A stretch of 64,000 bases of DNA, from IMG/VR virus record IMGVR_UViG_3300020122_000058, positions 1 through 64,000 of that record, one strand, 5' to 3'. Shown one piece after another: positions 52,025 through 60,440 of this stretch. Positions within the stretch are counted from its first letter, which is position 1. Every line of letters begins with the position of its first letter. Made by a program: the position numbers and the translations under genes. The notes beneath the pieces were generated by a model. It saw nothing but the letters and a program-made list of their open reading frames with translations, did no database searches and had not been told where the DNA came from. Source of the stretch: a virus.

Positions 52025-52788
52025 TTGCCGTATGCCTTACGCCACTGCACCACGACGTCCTTGCGCTCGCCTTCCATGCCTTTCCATTCGGCCTTCTTGA
52101 CGCGCACAGATACGAAGTCAGGATGCAGTGCAGCCAGTCGTTCAGCGGAATAGTTCTGCGTCTCCAGGGTACGCCACAGACTGGCACCGCCTGCGCTATT
52201 GCTTGGGCTCGGGTTGATGCAGGCATCCACGTTCAGCCGGTTGGGGTGGCCCTTGCGCAGCAGTTGCAGGGTCATGTGGAAATCATCCATGCTGAACTTG
52301 TGGTTGACACCCTTGGTGAAATCACAGCCTGCCTTCAGCACTGCTTTTGGATTGTAGGCAAGCACATGCATCAGCCGCGTTACTTCCATGTGCGGGCCGG
52401 GGTGCTGCCAGTTCAAACTGCGGATGGTGATACCGGCGTGCGTGAACCCGCTTTTCACCCATTCCTCCAACAGCCCAAAGGCGGCTTCATGCTGCGGCAC
52501 CGTGATGGGCTTGATCTTGCGCTCCGCATCCTTGTAGAAGAAGTCCAGGTCATCATCAAGCATGACCAAGAACTTCTCGTTCTTGTTCTGCTCCAAGATC
52601 CATTGGCGTGTGGCTGCAATGCCCTTGGCATCTGTGCCGATGATCTTGGTGTTACGATGATGGAATTCGTAAGAACCAACTTCGCCTGTCGGCACGACAA
52701 GCGTAGTCAACTCTCTGAGACTGGACGGCAAATTCCGCAGGGTCTTCTGCGTGGATTTACGCCCCATGGTGGGTATGAATATGAGCAT
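52021..52788 (-). CDS. GT-A fold glycosyltransferase (candidate DNA-base glycosyltransferase)
   Basis: 255 aa with the RBS aaggag. It has an N-terminal beta-strand start (LIFIPTMGR) and a DxD motif (VMLDDDLDFF). It lies between the TS-fold gene and the 296-aa gene. Confidence 0.55.
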   Translation of the reverse strand: MLIFIPTMGRKSTQKTLRNLPSSLRELTTLVVPTGEVGSYEFHHRNTKIIGTDAKGIAATRQWILEQNKNEKFLVMLDDDLDFFYKDAERKIKPITVPQHEAAFGLLEEWVKSGFTHAGITIRSLNWQHPGPHMEVTRLMHVLAYNPKAVLKAGCDFTKGVNHKFSMDDFHMTLQLLRKGHPNRLNVDACINPSPSNSAGGASLWRTLETQNYSAERLAALHPDFVSVRVKKAEWKGMEGERKDVVVQWRKAYGK

Positions 52789-52799
52789 ATTGGTTCTCC

Positions 52800-53066
52800 T
52801 TATTGCGTCCGGCGCGGCAGTTCAGAGCGTGCTGCGGCCTGCACCTGCGGCTTCAGCACCTTGTATATCTTCGGCGGCTTGCGTTCCACCTTCATGGGAA
52901 ATGCGCTGCGGATCAGAGTAAGAATGTCAAACGTGAAGAAGTGCGCAAGCGTGCGCCCACGCGGCGCAGTGAATACAGACTTGAACATCTTGCGGCGCTG
53001 GCTGCCATCTCCGTGCAGGCCAGCGGCCATGTAGCGGCGGATGCGCAGTGGTTTGTAAACAGTCAT
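52800..53066 (-). CDS. small basic protein (88 aa)
   Basis: ORF track, with the RBS gagagga upstream of ATG 53066. It fills the gap between the GT gene and the 296-aa gene and is very Arg/Lys-rich. Confidence 0.45.
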   Translation of the reverse strand: MTVYKPLRIRRYMAAGLHGDGSQRRKMFKSVFTAPRGRTLAHFFTFDILTLIRSAFPMKVERKPPKIYKVLKPQVQAAARSELPRRTQ

Positions 53067-53068
53067 CG

Positions 53069-53959
53069 TTATCCTCTCTGGTGATACTGGCTGCGGGGTT
53101 TGCCTTCCTTTAGGCGGACGCGTTCGTACTTGTCAAATTCACAGAGCGTGAATTGAATATCGGTGGGTGCAAGCCAGCCCTTGTTCTTCCAGAAGCCAGC
53201 CTGCGCCGCATGAAGTTTCAGAAGATCCTTCAGCCCCACCTTTTTCAGGAGCTCAGGGTGCACCCTTGGGCTTTCACCGGAGAACACGCGCATCAGCCCA
53301 CGCTGCGCTCCAGGCCCAATGGGGGTCCAGTCTCCGTAGTCGCGTGGCCAGCTACCATCAATGTGGTCAGTGCGTTTCTTCGGCCAGAAGTTTGGAAAGA
53401 ACATGGTGTCCAGCGTGACTTCCTTGCCCATGAAGCCGCTGCCGCCAAAGCCCTGCACGTGTGAAAGCTGATCAAGAACAGATTCCCAGCTTCCTTTGCT
53501 CAGCCCCATCATGTTCTGCAATTTCTTGCGCGCTTCCCACACGCCCTTGATGAACATGTCCACCACCACGTCTTCCTTCGGCGCGCTGATGCCTTGGTTG
53601 GTGATAACGTAGGCACCCGTGAATACCTTCTGCCCTTGGCCAGCGCGCTCCTTGGCGACAGCCTTTAGATGCGCAGGCTTAAAGTCGTTCTGCCAGCCGA
53701 TGGCGGTGTAGTACTCTTCACTGCCGAAGTAGCGCGCAATGGCGCAGTTCAGCCAGATCAACTCTGGTGGTGCATCCGGATGACGCGCGTATATCTTCTT
53801 GAATTCCTGCGTTGTGCGATCATACTCGCGCCGCACGTTGGTGAACTTGTACGTCTGCAGAATTGGATCCTTGGTCCAGGGCCATGGCTTGCCAGCCGCC
53901 TTGGCAAGTCTGATCTGCTCACGCTCTGCAGCGTAAGCGTAGAATTCCTTCGCTCTCAT
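53069..53959 (-). CDS. all-alpha protein, possible alpha-glutamyl/putrescinyl-thymine pyrophosphorylase-like (aGPT-Pplase-like) DNA hypermodification enzyme
   Basis: 296 aa from ATG 53959 (ATGA overlap, RBS aagga). The N-terminal EREQIRLAKAAGKPWPWTKDPILQTYKFTNVRREYDRTTQ matches my recollection of that family. This is unverified. Confidence 0.4.
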   Translation of the reverse strand: MRAKEFYAYAAEREQIRLAKAAGKPWPWTKDPILQTYKFTNVRREYDRTTQEFKKIYARHPDAPPELIWLNCAIARYFGSEEYYTAIGWQNDFKPAHLKAVAKERAGQGQKVFTGAYVITNQGISAPKEDVVVDMFIKGVWEARKKLQNMMGLSKGSWESVLDQLSHVQGFGGSGFMGKEVTLDTMFFPNFWPKKRTDHIDGSWPRDYGDWTPIGPGAQRGLMRVFSGESPRVHPELLKKVGLKDLLKLHAAQAGFWKNKGWLAPTDIQFTLCEFDKYERVRLKEGKPRSQYHQRG

Positions 53960-54177
53960 ATCATTCCTTTTTCTTTGGAGATCCATTCAGATAATTCAAA
54001 ATGAGAGAAGACAACGCCGCTTTCACGGCATATCTCTTCGGCCATCTCTTCACGAGTGGTATCACCAAGCTGATCGTGCGGGATCCAGTATTCATCGCCC
54101 TCGTATCTCACGAGAACGGCTGTATCCGTTTCACGGATATACGTGACAGGTGCAAGTTCTACGTATGCGGCAGCCAT
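53956..54177 (-). CDS. hypothetical acidic protein (73 aa)
   Basis: ORF track. No motif recognised. Confidence 0.5.
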   Translation of the reverse strand: MAAAYVELAPVTYIRETDTAVLVRYEGDEYWIPHDQLGDTTREEMAEEICRESGVVFSHFELSEWISKEKGMI

Positions 54178-54271
54178 GCCCGCGCGCCCCTTTGCGTTGC
54201 CTTCGAACCGGCAAGGTTAAGCGCGTAGGCAAATGACAAGCAAACTCTTAAAAGGGGCTACGCACAGGCCC

Positions 54272-54559
54272 CTAGCGGCTCTGGCGCTTGCGGCGGTGCT
54301 TGGCAGCGCCCTTGGGCGCTAGAGTGGCTGCCACGTTGGTTACGTGCGTGCTGTTGCCGTGTGCATCCACCGCGTACACCATCGCTGGACGCCCGTTTGA
54401 GTGCTTGGCTGCCAGCGCTGCCGCAGCCGTGCACGCGGCCTGTAGAGTGGGCAGGCCATGCACGGCATCGTATTGTGCACGCCCCAGGAACATCGTTGCA
54501 GAGTAGCTGGCTGCGTTAGCCTGCACCGCTGCGTCTGCTTCTTGCCGGGTGTTGTGCAT
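54272..54559 (-). CDS. hypothetical protein (95 aa)
   Basis: ATG 54559 is preceded by the RBS ggaggg. The longer 54586 start would run into the upstream terminator hairpin. It is Ala-rich with a basic tail. Confidence 0.5.
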   Translation of the reverse strand: MHNTRQEADAAVQANAASYSATMFLGRAQYDAVHGLPTLQAACTAAAALAAKHSNGRPAMVYAVDAHGNSTHVTNVAATLAPKGAAKHRRKRQSR

Positions 54560-54572
54560 GGTCCCTCCAAAC

Positions 54573-54598
54573 AAAAAGGGCGGCATCGCTGCCGCCCT
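54573..54598 (-). terminator. rho-independent terminator (minus strand)
   Basis: On the minus strand, agggcggca-gcga-tgccgccct is followed by TTTTTG. It lies 27 nt after the stop at 54625. Confidence 0.65.
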
Positions 54599-54624
54599 CT
54601 TCGTCCTCCAGTTGTGCGGGCCGA

Positions 54625-54957
54625 TCAGCCGCTGATCTTGATGTGGCCCTGATTGACCCAGTAGCGCAGGTTGCCGCGCCCGTCCCAGTCCTTGGCAGCC
54701 GCCTTCTTCACGTAGTCGCCGACGGTCATGCCGTCCTTGAGTGCCGCGAACATGGTGTGCGCATTGGTGTTGGCGCGCGCCGGGTTGCCGTCCTTGGCCA
54801 AGATCTTGATCTTGGCGGTGTCGCTGTACGTGGCGCGACGGCCCGTGCTGGCCGACTTCGTCTTCTTCGCGGCCTTCTTGGCCTTTTTCTTCGCCGGTGC
54901 CTTGCGGGCCTTTTTCGCCTTTGTCTCCGTGATGACGGTATCGGTTGCTTCAGTCAT
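54625..54957 (-). CDS. histone H1-like Lys/Ala-rich DNA-binding protein
   Basis: 110 aa from ATG 54957 (RBS ggagga). The N-terminal tract is TKAKKARKAPAKKKAKKAAKKTKSAS, followed by a ~70-aa globular domain. Confidence 0.55.
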   Translation of the reverse strand: MTEATDTVITETKAKKARKAPAKKKAKKAAKKTKSASTGRRATYSDTAKIKILAKDGNPARANTNAHTMFAALKDGMTVGDYVKKAAAKDWDGRGNLRYWVNQGHIKISG

Positions 54958-55001
54958 GACAATTCCTCCAAACAAGGTTGAGGGCTAACGCCCGATGCGG
55001 A

Positions 55002-55020
55002 GCATTATCCCAGATAATGC
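55002..55020. promoter_or_regulatory. 19-bp palindrome upstream of the H1-like gene
   Basis: gcattatc-cca-gataatgc (8-bp perfect arms) lies 45-63 nt upstream of ATG 54957. Confidence 0.3.
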
Positions 55021-55059
55021 CTGAGAAAACAAACGGATGAAAAGCCCATGGATACTGGA

Positions 55060-56796
55060 TTAGTCAGCACAAGTTTTCCGGCCCATATCATCAATTGTGC
55101 AGGCTGCACCTTCAGGAACAGCCGTCAGCACGGCCCCGCGTTTGCAGTCTGTGCGGTACGTGGTGCAGCCCTTGGCACCGCCGTAGTAGGCATCCACATA
55201 AATCTTCTTGAATTCCTCCCAGTTGGTGCTGGGCGGCACGTTGCACGTCTTGCTGACGGCGCTGTCCACGTGCTTCTGGGCTGCCAGCAACACGGCGAGA
55301 TGCTCCTGCACTGTTACCTGATCTGCCGTCTTGCCCTTGGTGCCGTACACGCGATAGGCGTAATCAGGAAGTGTTTCAGTGCGTTCGCCTTCAAATTCAA
55401 TGACGGTGCGTTTCATCTCCAACGCGAACACCGGCTCAATGCCACCACTGATGTTATCTGCGCTGGTTGCAATGGTGCCGGTGGGCGCGATGCTTGTGAG
55501 ATGGCTGTTGCGGATGCCGTACTTGTAGATGAGTTCCTGCACATCTGCATCCAGGGTCTGAATGAATTTGCCCTGCATGTACTTGTCACGGTTGAACAGC
55601 TTGAACGGCCCCTTCTCCTTCGCAAGTAACGCGCTGGCACGGTAAGCCTCGTTCTTCAACGTGCTGAGGATGGTTTCTTCCACCGCAATGAATTCTTCAC
55701 TGCCGTATGGATGGCCCATGGTTTCAATCGCATTGGCCAAGCCTGCAACGCCCAAGCCGATGCGGCGCTTGGCCTTGGCTTCTTTTTCCTGCTCGTAGAG
55801 CGGGTAAATGGTGCGATCAATCACGTTGTCCATGGCGCGCACCACGTGCGGAATGTCCGCCTTAAACGCACCAAGGTTGTAGGCCCAATTATCGCTTTCA
55901 CCCTTCGTCAAGAACTGAGGAAGATTGAAACTGCCCAACAGGCACGCACCGAACGGAGGCAATGGCTGCTCGCCGCATGGGTTGGTCGCAGCGATGTATT
56001 CACAGTACCAGAGATTGTTCATCTGGTTGATGCGGTCAATGAACAGCACGCCGGGTTCTGCCCAATCCCAAGTTCCGCGCATCATGGCGTCCCACAATTC
56101 GCCGGGGTCAACGGTGTTGTAGGTTTCACCTTCCCACACCAGATCAAACGGCTTGCCTGTGCGCAGTGCTTCCATGAACGCATCGGTAACGCCGACGCTG
56201 AGATTGAAGCCGGTCAGCTTGTCTGCATTCTGTTTGACGTGAATGAATTCCATGATGTCGGGATGATCAATGCGCAGCACGCCCATCTGTGCGCCACGGC
56301 GGTGGCCGCTGCTGGCGATGGCTTGCCCGCCTGCGCTGTAGTAGCTCATCCACGCCACGGGGCCGCTGGACTTGCTCTGCAGCTTCTTGATGGTAGCGCC
56401 CCTTGGGCGCAAGGTGGACCAATCATAACCAATGCCACCGCCCATGCGCATGGTCTGCAACGCCTGCCCAGCACGGGATTGAATGCTGCCGTCACCATCC
56501 AGCAGAGTGTCCTCAATAATGCCGCTCACAAAACAGTTGAACGCAGTAACAGCGCGCGAGGAACCGACACCTGATTGCACGCGTCCGCCGGGTAGGAAAC
56601 GCATGCCAAGGTAGATATCGCGGAAGGCGTAGAAGTCTTCTTCCTTGTCCTTCAGCACATTCGCAAGTCTGTTGCCGACTTCGCGGAATGTTTCTCCAGG
56701 TCCACGGTATTTCTGCGCGTGAAGTTCATCGCAATAAGCAAGCTGAGGCCCAGCCATCTTGAATCCTTTGTTGACGGTTGTTGTGAGGGTAGGCAT
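55060..56796 (-). CDS. nrdJ: ribonucleotide reductase, class II (B12-dependent) type
   Basis: 578 aa from ATG 56796. The active-site motif is NPCGEQPLPPFGACLLGSFNL, and a C-terminal Cys pair is present (ACTIDDMGRKTC). No NrdB-like partner is seen in the window. Confidence 0.75.
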   Translation of the reverse strand: MPTLTTTVNKGFKMAGPQLAYCDELHAQKYRGPGETFREVGNRLANVLKDKEEDFYAFRDIYLGMRFLPGGRVQSGVGSSRAVTAFNCFVSGIIEDTLLDGDGSIQSRAGQALQTMRMGGGIGYDWSTLRPRGATIKKLQSKSSGPVAWMSYYSAGGQAIASSGHRRGAQMGVLRIDHPDIMEFIHVKQNADKLTGFNLSVGVTDAFMEALRTGKPFDLVWEGETYNTVDPGELWDAMMRGTWDWAEPGVLFIDRINQMNNLWYCEYIAATNPCGEQPLPPFGACLLGSFNLPQFLTKGESDNWAYNLGAFKADIPHVVRAMDNVIDRTIYPLYEQEKEAKAKRRIGLGVAGLANAIETMGHPYGSEEFIAVEETILSTLKNEAYRASALLAKEKGPFKLFNRDKYMQGKFIQTLDADVQELIYKYGIRNSHLTSIAPTGTIATSADNISGGIEPVFALEMKRTVIEFEGERTETLPDYAYRVYGTKGKTADQVTVQEHLAVLLAAQKHVDSAVSKTCNVPPSTNWEEFKKIYVDAYYGGAKGCTTYRTDCKRGAVLTAVPEGAACTIDDMGRKTCAD

Positions 56797-56797
56797 G

Positions 56798-57058
56798 TTA
56801 GGCACCTTTCGTAAGAGTGTTAAGCAGGGTACGCAGTTGCGCTGCCATTTGCTCAACCTGCTCAACTTGCTTAACCAGCAACGTGGGGCTTATGGCGCGG
56901 CGCACCAGTGCGCCTACGAGCTCGCCGTGTATGCGGCCCTGCAACGTGCAGATCTTGTCAAGCTGTGCAGCGATCACAGAAGATGGCAACGGAGCAGACT
57001 TACCGGGTGCGCCGGTCGGCTTCGGGCGTCTTGCTGCTTTCTTGACGCGGATGGTCAT
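56798..57058 (-). CDS. hypothetical basic protein (86 aa)
   Basis: ATG 57058 overlaps the upstream stop (ATGA). Confidence 0.45.
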   Translation of the reverse strand: MTIRVKKAARRPKPTGAPGKSAPLPSSVIAAQLDKICTLQGRIHGELVGALVRRAISPTLLVKQVEQVEQMAAQLRTLLNTLTKGA

Positions 57059-57420
57059 AGCTCGTAGCTCCACGTGCGCTTGGCGAAGCCGGGCCAGACG
57101 CGTGCAAACTCTTTCATGATGTCTTCACGTGGCAATCCTTTCTCAAGGAGTTCCACGTACAGAAGCTCCAAGCGGTCTGCAGTCAGACCGAGTTCAGTGA
57201 TGTACAGCGCGCTGAACTTGGGAAACACCAACACAGCTACGTGCACGGAGAATGCCGGAGGCGGAAGTGCCTTCACCACCATTTCCTTCAACTCTGCAAG
57301 CATATCTTGACGCATTGCTGGCGTCATCACCTTGCCGACGTATGGCGTCATGATTGCTTCCATAGGTCCCTGAAGATCAACGCCTCTGAAGAATACCTTG
57401 TATTCAGTGTCTGCAGTCAT
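57055..57420 (-). CDS. hypothetical protein (121 aa)
   Basis: ORF track. Confidence 0.55.
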   Translation of the reverse strand: MTADTEYKVFFRGVDLQGPMEAIMTPYVGKVMTPAMRQDMLAELKEMVVKALPPPAFSVHVAVLVFPKFSALYITELGLTADRLELLYVELLEKGLPREDIMKEFARVWPGFAKRTWSYEL

Positions 57421-57748
57421 ATCGGAAACTCCTGCCCTTCCTGGCTTGGTTTATTTCTCGCGGCACCATCTCCAAGTGCCATGGGTTCACGCATAGGGAA
57501 TTCTCGCATAGGTGATCCAGGTGCATGCCAGCAATCCACACCTGCCGGTAGATGGCGACGAATGAGAACTTGTGCGCGCGTACAACTTTGTCCCCAACTG
57601 AGAACGAGCCGTACCATTGCGTGTTTCCCTGCCCACGTGACTTGGCACCGCGCCATATCCAGCATTCCGTTTCCAGCGGGCCGCATTGCAGTACAATCTT
57701 CTGCGCGAAGCGTTCTATATCCTCCTGCGAGAATACGAACGACATCAC
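57404..57748 (-). CDS. HNH endonuclease (free-standing homing-endonuclease-like)
   Basis: 114 aa. The motif HLDHLCENSLCVNPWHLEMV is the H-N-H core. Confidence 0.75.
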   Translation of the reverse strand: MMSFVFSQEDIERFAQKIVLQCGPLETECWIWRGAKSRGQGNTQWYGSFSVGDKVVRAHKFSFVAIYRQVWIAGMHLDHLCENSLCVNPWHLEMVPREINQARKGRSFRYDCRH

Positions 57749-58992
57749 ATCCTCACTATCTTCACGCGCTTGGCTGCGCGTGTCAGGCCGGTGTATAGGT
57801 GCCGGTGCCGGTTCTCTCGGAACACATAGCTCTCATCAAAGAGCAACACGTTGTCCCACTGGCTGCCTTGGGCTTTGTGCACCGTCAGCGCACCGCCGTA
57901 GTCAAACTCCTGGGCATCCTTCTTGTGGTACCACGGCAGCTTCTCGCCGCGCTTTTCAAAGTAGTGCGTGTGGCTGGTCACGAAGATTGGTTTACCGCCT
58001 TCATCCTCAGGATGAAGGTGTAAACCAATGGTGCTGTCTGGTGTAGGGGTACCAGCTTCCACTACGAAATAGATCGCGCCGTTGAGCAGACCAACTTCGT
58101 GGTCATTGCGCAGACATACCAAGCGATCGCCCGTTACCGGCATCGTCTGGTATGGCTTGTCCTTGAACAGTTTCAGCTTGCGAAGCTTGACGTTGCTGTC
58201 TTTCCGTGTCTCATTCTTGCCGACAAGTATCTGATCTGCAGCGATTACATCTTCCAGATCAACTGCTTTCACTACCGACGACTCACCATAATTCCCAAGG
58301 TTCAACGATTTACCCTGCCGCACTTGGGCTGCCATCCACAGAATGGGATTGTCTTCAGCCTGCCGGTGTATCTCAGTCAGCTGAAAGTCAGGTTCACGAT
58401 TGGTGAAATAGCCGCAGCCGTACACAGGCGGCAACTGGAACGGATCGCCCAGGACGAGGACCTTCACTCCGAAGGATAGAAGGTCTCGTCCTAGTGGCTC
58501 ATCAACCATGGAAATCTCATCTACCACTGCCAGCTTTGAATTGCGCAAGGTGCTGTCAGGATTCAGCACAAACATCGGTGCCTTCAGCGCGTTCTCTTCA
58601 ATGCGGATCTCTTCGCGCAGCTTCTGCACCTTGGGCATTTCTTCCGGATCAAAGGTTGGATCGCCGTTTGACTCTGAGTGCAATTCATAGAGCATCTCAG
58701 CAAGACTCTCCTCCATCTCACGCAGTTTGGCCTTGGACTTGTCACGAGAAATGTAAATGCGTGAATGGATAGTGGTGGCGTCTGGGCAGCCCTTCTGGCG
58801 CATCACATAGGCTGCCTTGCCGGTGTAGCTCATGAAGTCTATCTGGCCTTCCACACCTGCTGCAAACTCTCGTGCAAGCGTGGTCTTGCCGGTGCCCGCA
58901 AACCCGGCAAGGTAGAACACCTGCTGGCTGGGGTCATGCAGCCATTCGCCGACGCGCTTCAGCGCTGTTTCTTGTTGAGGTGACCAGAGCAT
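57745..58992 (-). CDS. SF1 helicase (RecD/Dda-like)
   Basis: 415 aa. The Walker A is LAGFAGTGKTT and the Walker B is AVVDEISMV. The C-terminal ALTVHKAQGSQWDNV is a typical SF1 motif V/VI region. Confidence 0.8.
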   Translation of the reverse strand: MLWSPQQETALKRVGEWLHDPSQQVFYLAGFAGTGKTTLAREFAAGVEGQIDFMSYTGKAAYVMRQKGCPDATTIHSRIYISRDKSKAKLREMEESLAEMLYELHSESNGDPTFDPEEMPKVQKLREEIRIEENALKAPMFVLNPDSTLRNSKLAVVDEISMVDEPLGRDLLSFGVKVLVLGDPFQLPPVYGCGYFTNREPDFQLTEIHRQAEDNPILWMAAQVRQGKSLNLGNYGESSVVKAVDLEDVIAADQILVGKNETRKDSNVKLRKLKLFKDKPYQTMPVTGDRLVCLRNDHEVGLLNGAIYFVVEAGTPTPDSTIGLHLHPEDEGGKPIFVTSHTHYFEKRGEKLPWYHKKDAQEFDYGGALTVHKAQGSQWDNVLLFDESYVFRENRHRHLYTGLTRAAKRVKIVRM

Positions 58993-59318
58993 TATGAAGA
59001 GGCTTCCTTAACACGAAGATCGTGAACGACTGGATTATAGCCACGCGCTAACGCTAAGATCAGATCATACTGGTTCTTAATCTTCTCTGCATCTACCCAG
59101 AATTCTATTGGCGGCATGTCTTCTCCGCGCGCTGTCTTATAGCCGATAGACATGCGTTTGTAGAACACGCGCTCAATCTTCTCGCTGGCCAGTATGATAG
59201 GACTATTAGTGACGCTCACTTCACCTTGCACATGGGCGCTGGCAATTTCACCTTGACCTATGATCATATCTCCATCCAGTTTTCCACCAATGGCTAGGGC
59301 TCTCAATTCGTAATTCAT
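58992..59318 (-). CDS. hypothetical protein (108 aa)
   Basis: ATG 59318 has the RBS aaggaaag. The longer track start is unsupported. Confidence 0.5.
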   Translation of the reverse strand: MNYELRALAIGGKLDGDMIIGQGEIASAHVQGEVSVTNSPIILASEKIERVFYKRMSIGYKTARGEDMPPIEFWVDAEKIKNQYDLILALARGYNPVVHDLRVKEASS

Positions 59319-59527
59319 GACTTTCCTTTCGGTGCTTTCGGTATCGCTCTGCGTGGCTCCATGCTGGCCCAAGCAAACCACTGCTGAAACATCTCCGCGT
59401 GCGCATGACTGAATGTGGTTTCGCGTTGCAGCTTGGCACGCTGCAGAATGTGCGTGTCTATGTTCTTCGGCGGTGTCATGAAGTGCTTCTTCAAGCGCTC
59501 GTAGTACTCCGCCAGTTGCTTACTCAT
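59315..59527 (-). CDS. hypothetical protein (70 aa)
   Basis: ATG 59527 (MSKQLAEYYERLKKHF...). The longer track ORF overlaps the upstream gene in another frame. Confidence 0.45.
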   Translation of the reverse strand: MSKQLAEYYERLKKHFMTPPKNIDTHILQRAKLQRETTFSHAHAEMFQQWFAWASMEPRRAIPKAPKGKS

Positions 59528-59804
59528 TCTTAAACCCCGGCAGAAACTGCACGCCAACCGTGGCCACCAGCGCCGGACGCCACACATGGCCGCACTGTTG
59601 GCAGGCGTGCGTGTGATGCGGCTTTGTGGCGAATTCACTAACGTCAATGTGCCGCGTGTTGCACTCAGGGCACTTGAGCAGCATGGGGATGGGCTGTTGA
59701 AGTTCTCTGATGCGCTCATGTGCATTCGCAAGATCCACCTGCGCCCAGTGCAGCCGGTTGCGCGCTGACTTGGCTGTCAGCTTCTCAGGAGGCGTTGTCA
59801 TCAC
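59520..59804 (-). CDS. zinc-ribbon protein (94 aa)
   Basis: RBS gaggag. It has CPECN ... CQQCGH (two CxxC pairs). Confidence 0.5.
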   Translation of the reverse strand: MMTTPPEKLTAKSARNRLHWAQVDLANAHERIRELQQPIPMLLKCPECNTRHIDVSEFATKPHHTHACQQCGHVWRPALVATVGVQFLPGFKNE

Positions 59805-59967
59805 TCTTCTCCTCTACATACTGCACAGCGAAGAACCCTGGAGAACAGTAGTGACCCAGGAAATCGTACAGGCCCTGCGTCGGTAGCGGACCGGGTATGT
59901 CCGCTTCAATCCATTCGCCATCTGCGTTGGGCTGCGTCTTCGGTACTTGTTTGATGCGGTATTTCAT
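59785..59967 (-). CDS. hypothetical protein (60 aa)
   Basis: ATG 59967 overlaps the upstream stop (ATGA), with the RBS ggagg 8 nt upstream. Confidence 0.45.
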   Translation of the reverse strand: MKYRIKQVPKTQPNADGEWIEADIPGPLPTQGLYDFLGHYCSPGFFAVQYVEEKSDDNAS

Positions 59968-60380
59968 GTTGTAGGCCTCCACTCTGTAGGCATGTCTCCA
60001 TCATCGGTGCAGCGGTCACCTGCTACGGTACGCCAGCAGTGTTCGTCCTTCGGGCAGTTGTACGTGGCCACCGCAGGCTCGTACTCCCTGTCACGCTCAT
60101 ATCTGGCCAGCATCACGCGGTGCGGGTGCACTCCGTATCCACTTGGGCCGCGTAGCTCTACGAAGGTGCCGTCACGCGGAGCGGTGGCAAGGGGCTGCCA
60201 TGCCAGCGCTGCATCGTAGATACGTTCTGCCAACTTGCCATGAACACGTGCAGCGTGGCTGCATTGCCTGCGTGCATCGCCAAGTTGCTCCATGCAGATA
60301 GCAGCACAGGTGCCTTGGCCGGTTTCAAACTTACCACTCTTGCAGATTGCACGAGCGATTGGTTCCAGGTTCTTGGTCAT
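59964..60380 (-). CDS. DUF551-like protein
   Basis: 138 aa. WQPLATAPRDGTFVEL resembles the DUF551 core by recollection. Confidence 0.5.
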   Translation of the reverse strand: MTKNLEPIARAICKSGKFETGQGTCAAICMEQLGDARRQCSHAARVHGKLAERIYDAALAWQPLATAPRDGTFVELRGPSGYGVHPHRVMLARYERDREYEPAVATYNCPKDEHCWRTVAGDRCTDDGDMPTEWRPTT

Positions 60381-60401
60381 ATCTTCATCCTCTTAGAAAG
60401 A

Positions 60402-60439
60402 GTTTGGCCCCGCCGTGTTTGCACGCGGCGGGGCCAAAC
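60402..60439 (-). terminator. strong stem-loop terminator (minus strand)
   Basis: The 14-bp arms are gtttggccccgccg (60402-60415) and cggcggggccaaac (60426-60439). On the minus strand it is followed by TCTTTCT. It lies immediately after the stop at 60441. Confidence 0.65.
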
Positions 60440-60440
60440 A

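Noticed and set aside
54254-54272. A short hairpin (ggggc...gcccc followed by TTTTAAG on the minus strand) after the 54272 gene, considered as a terminator.
   Set aside because: The stem is only 5-6 bp with a bulge. It may act as a weak terminator but does not meet the standard of the other calls.
55060-58992. An intein or intron interrupting RNR or helicase, because an HNH gene lies between them.
   Set aside because: Both large ORFs are continuous with motifs in canonical order and have normal lengths. The HNH is a separate ORF with its own start.
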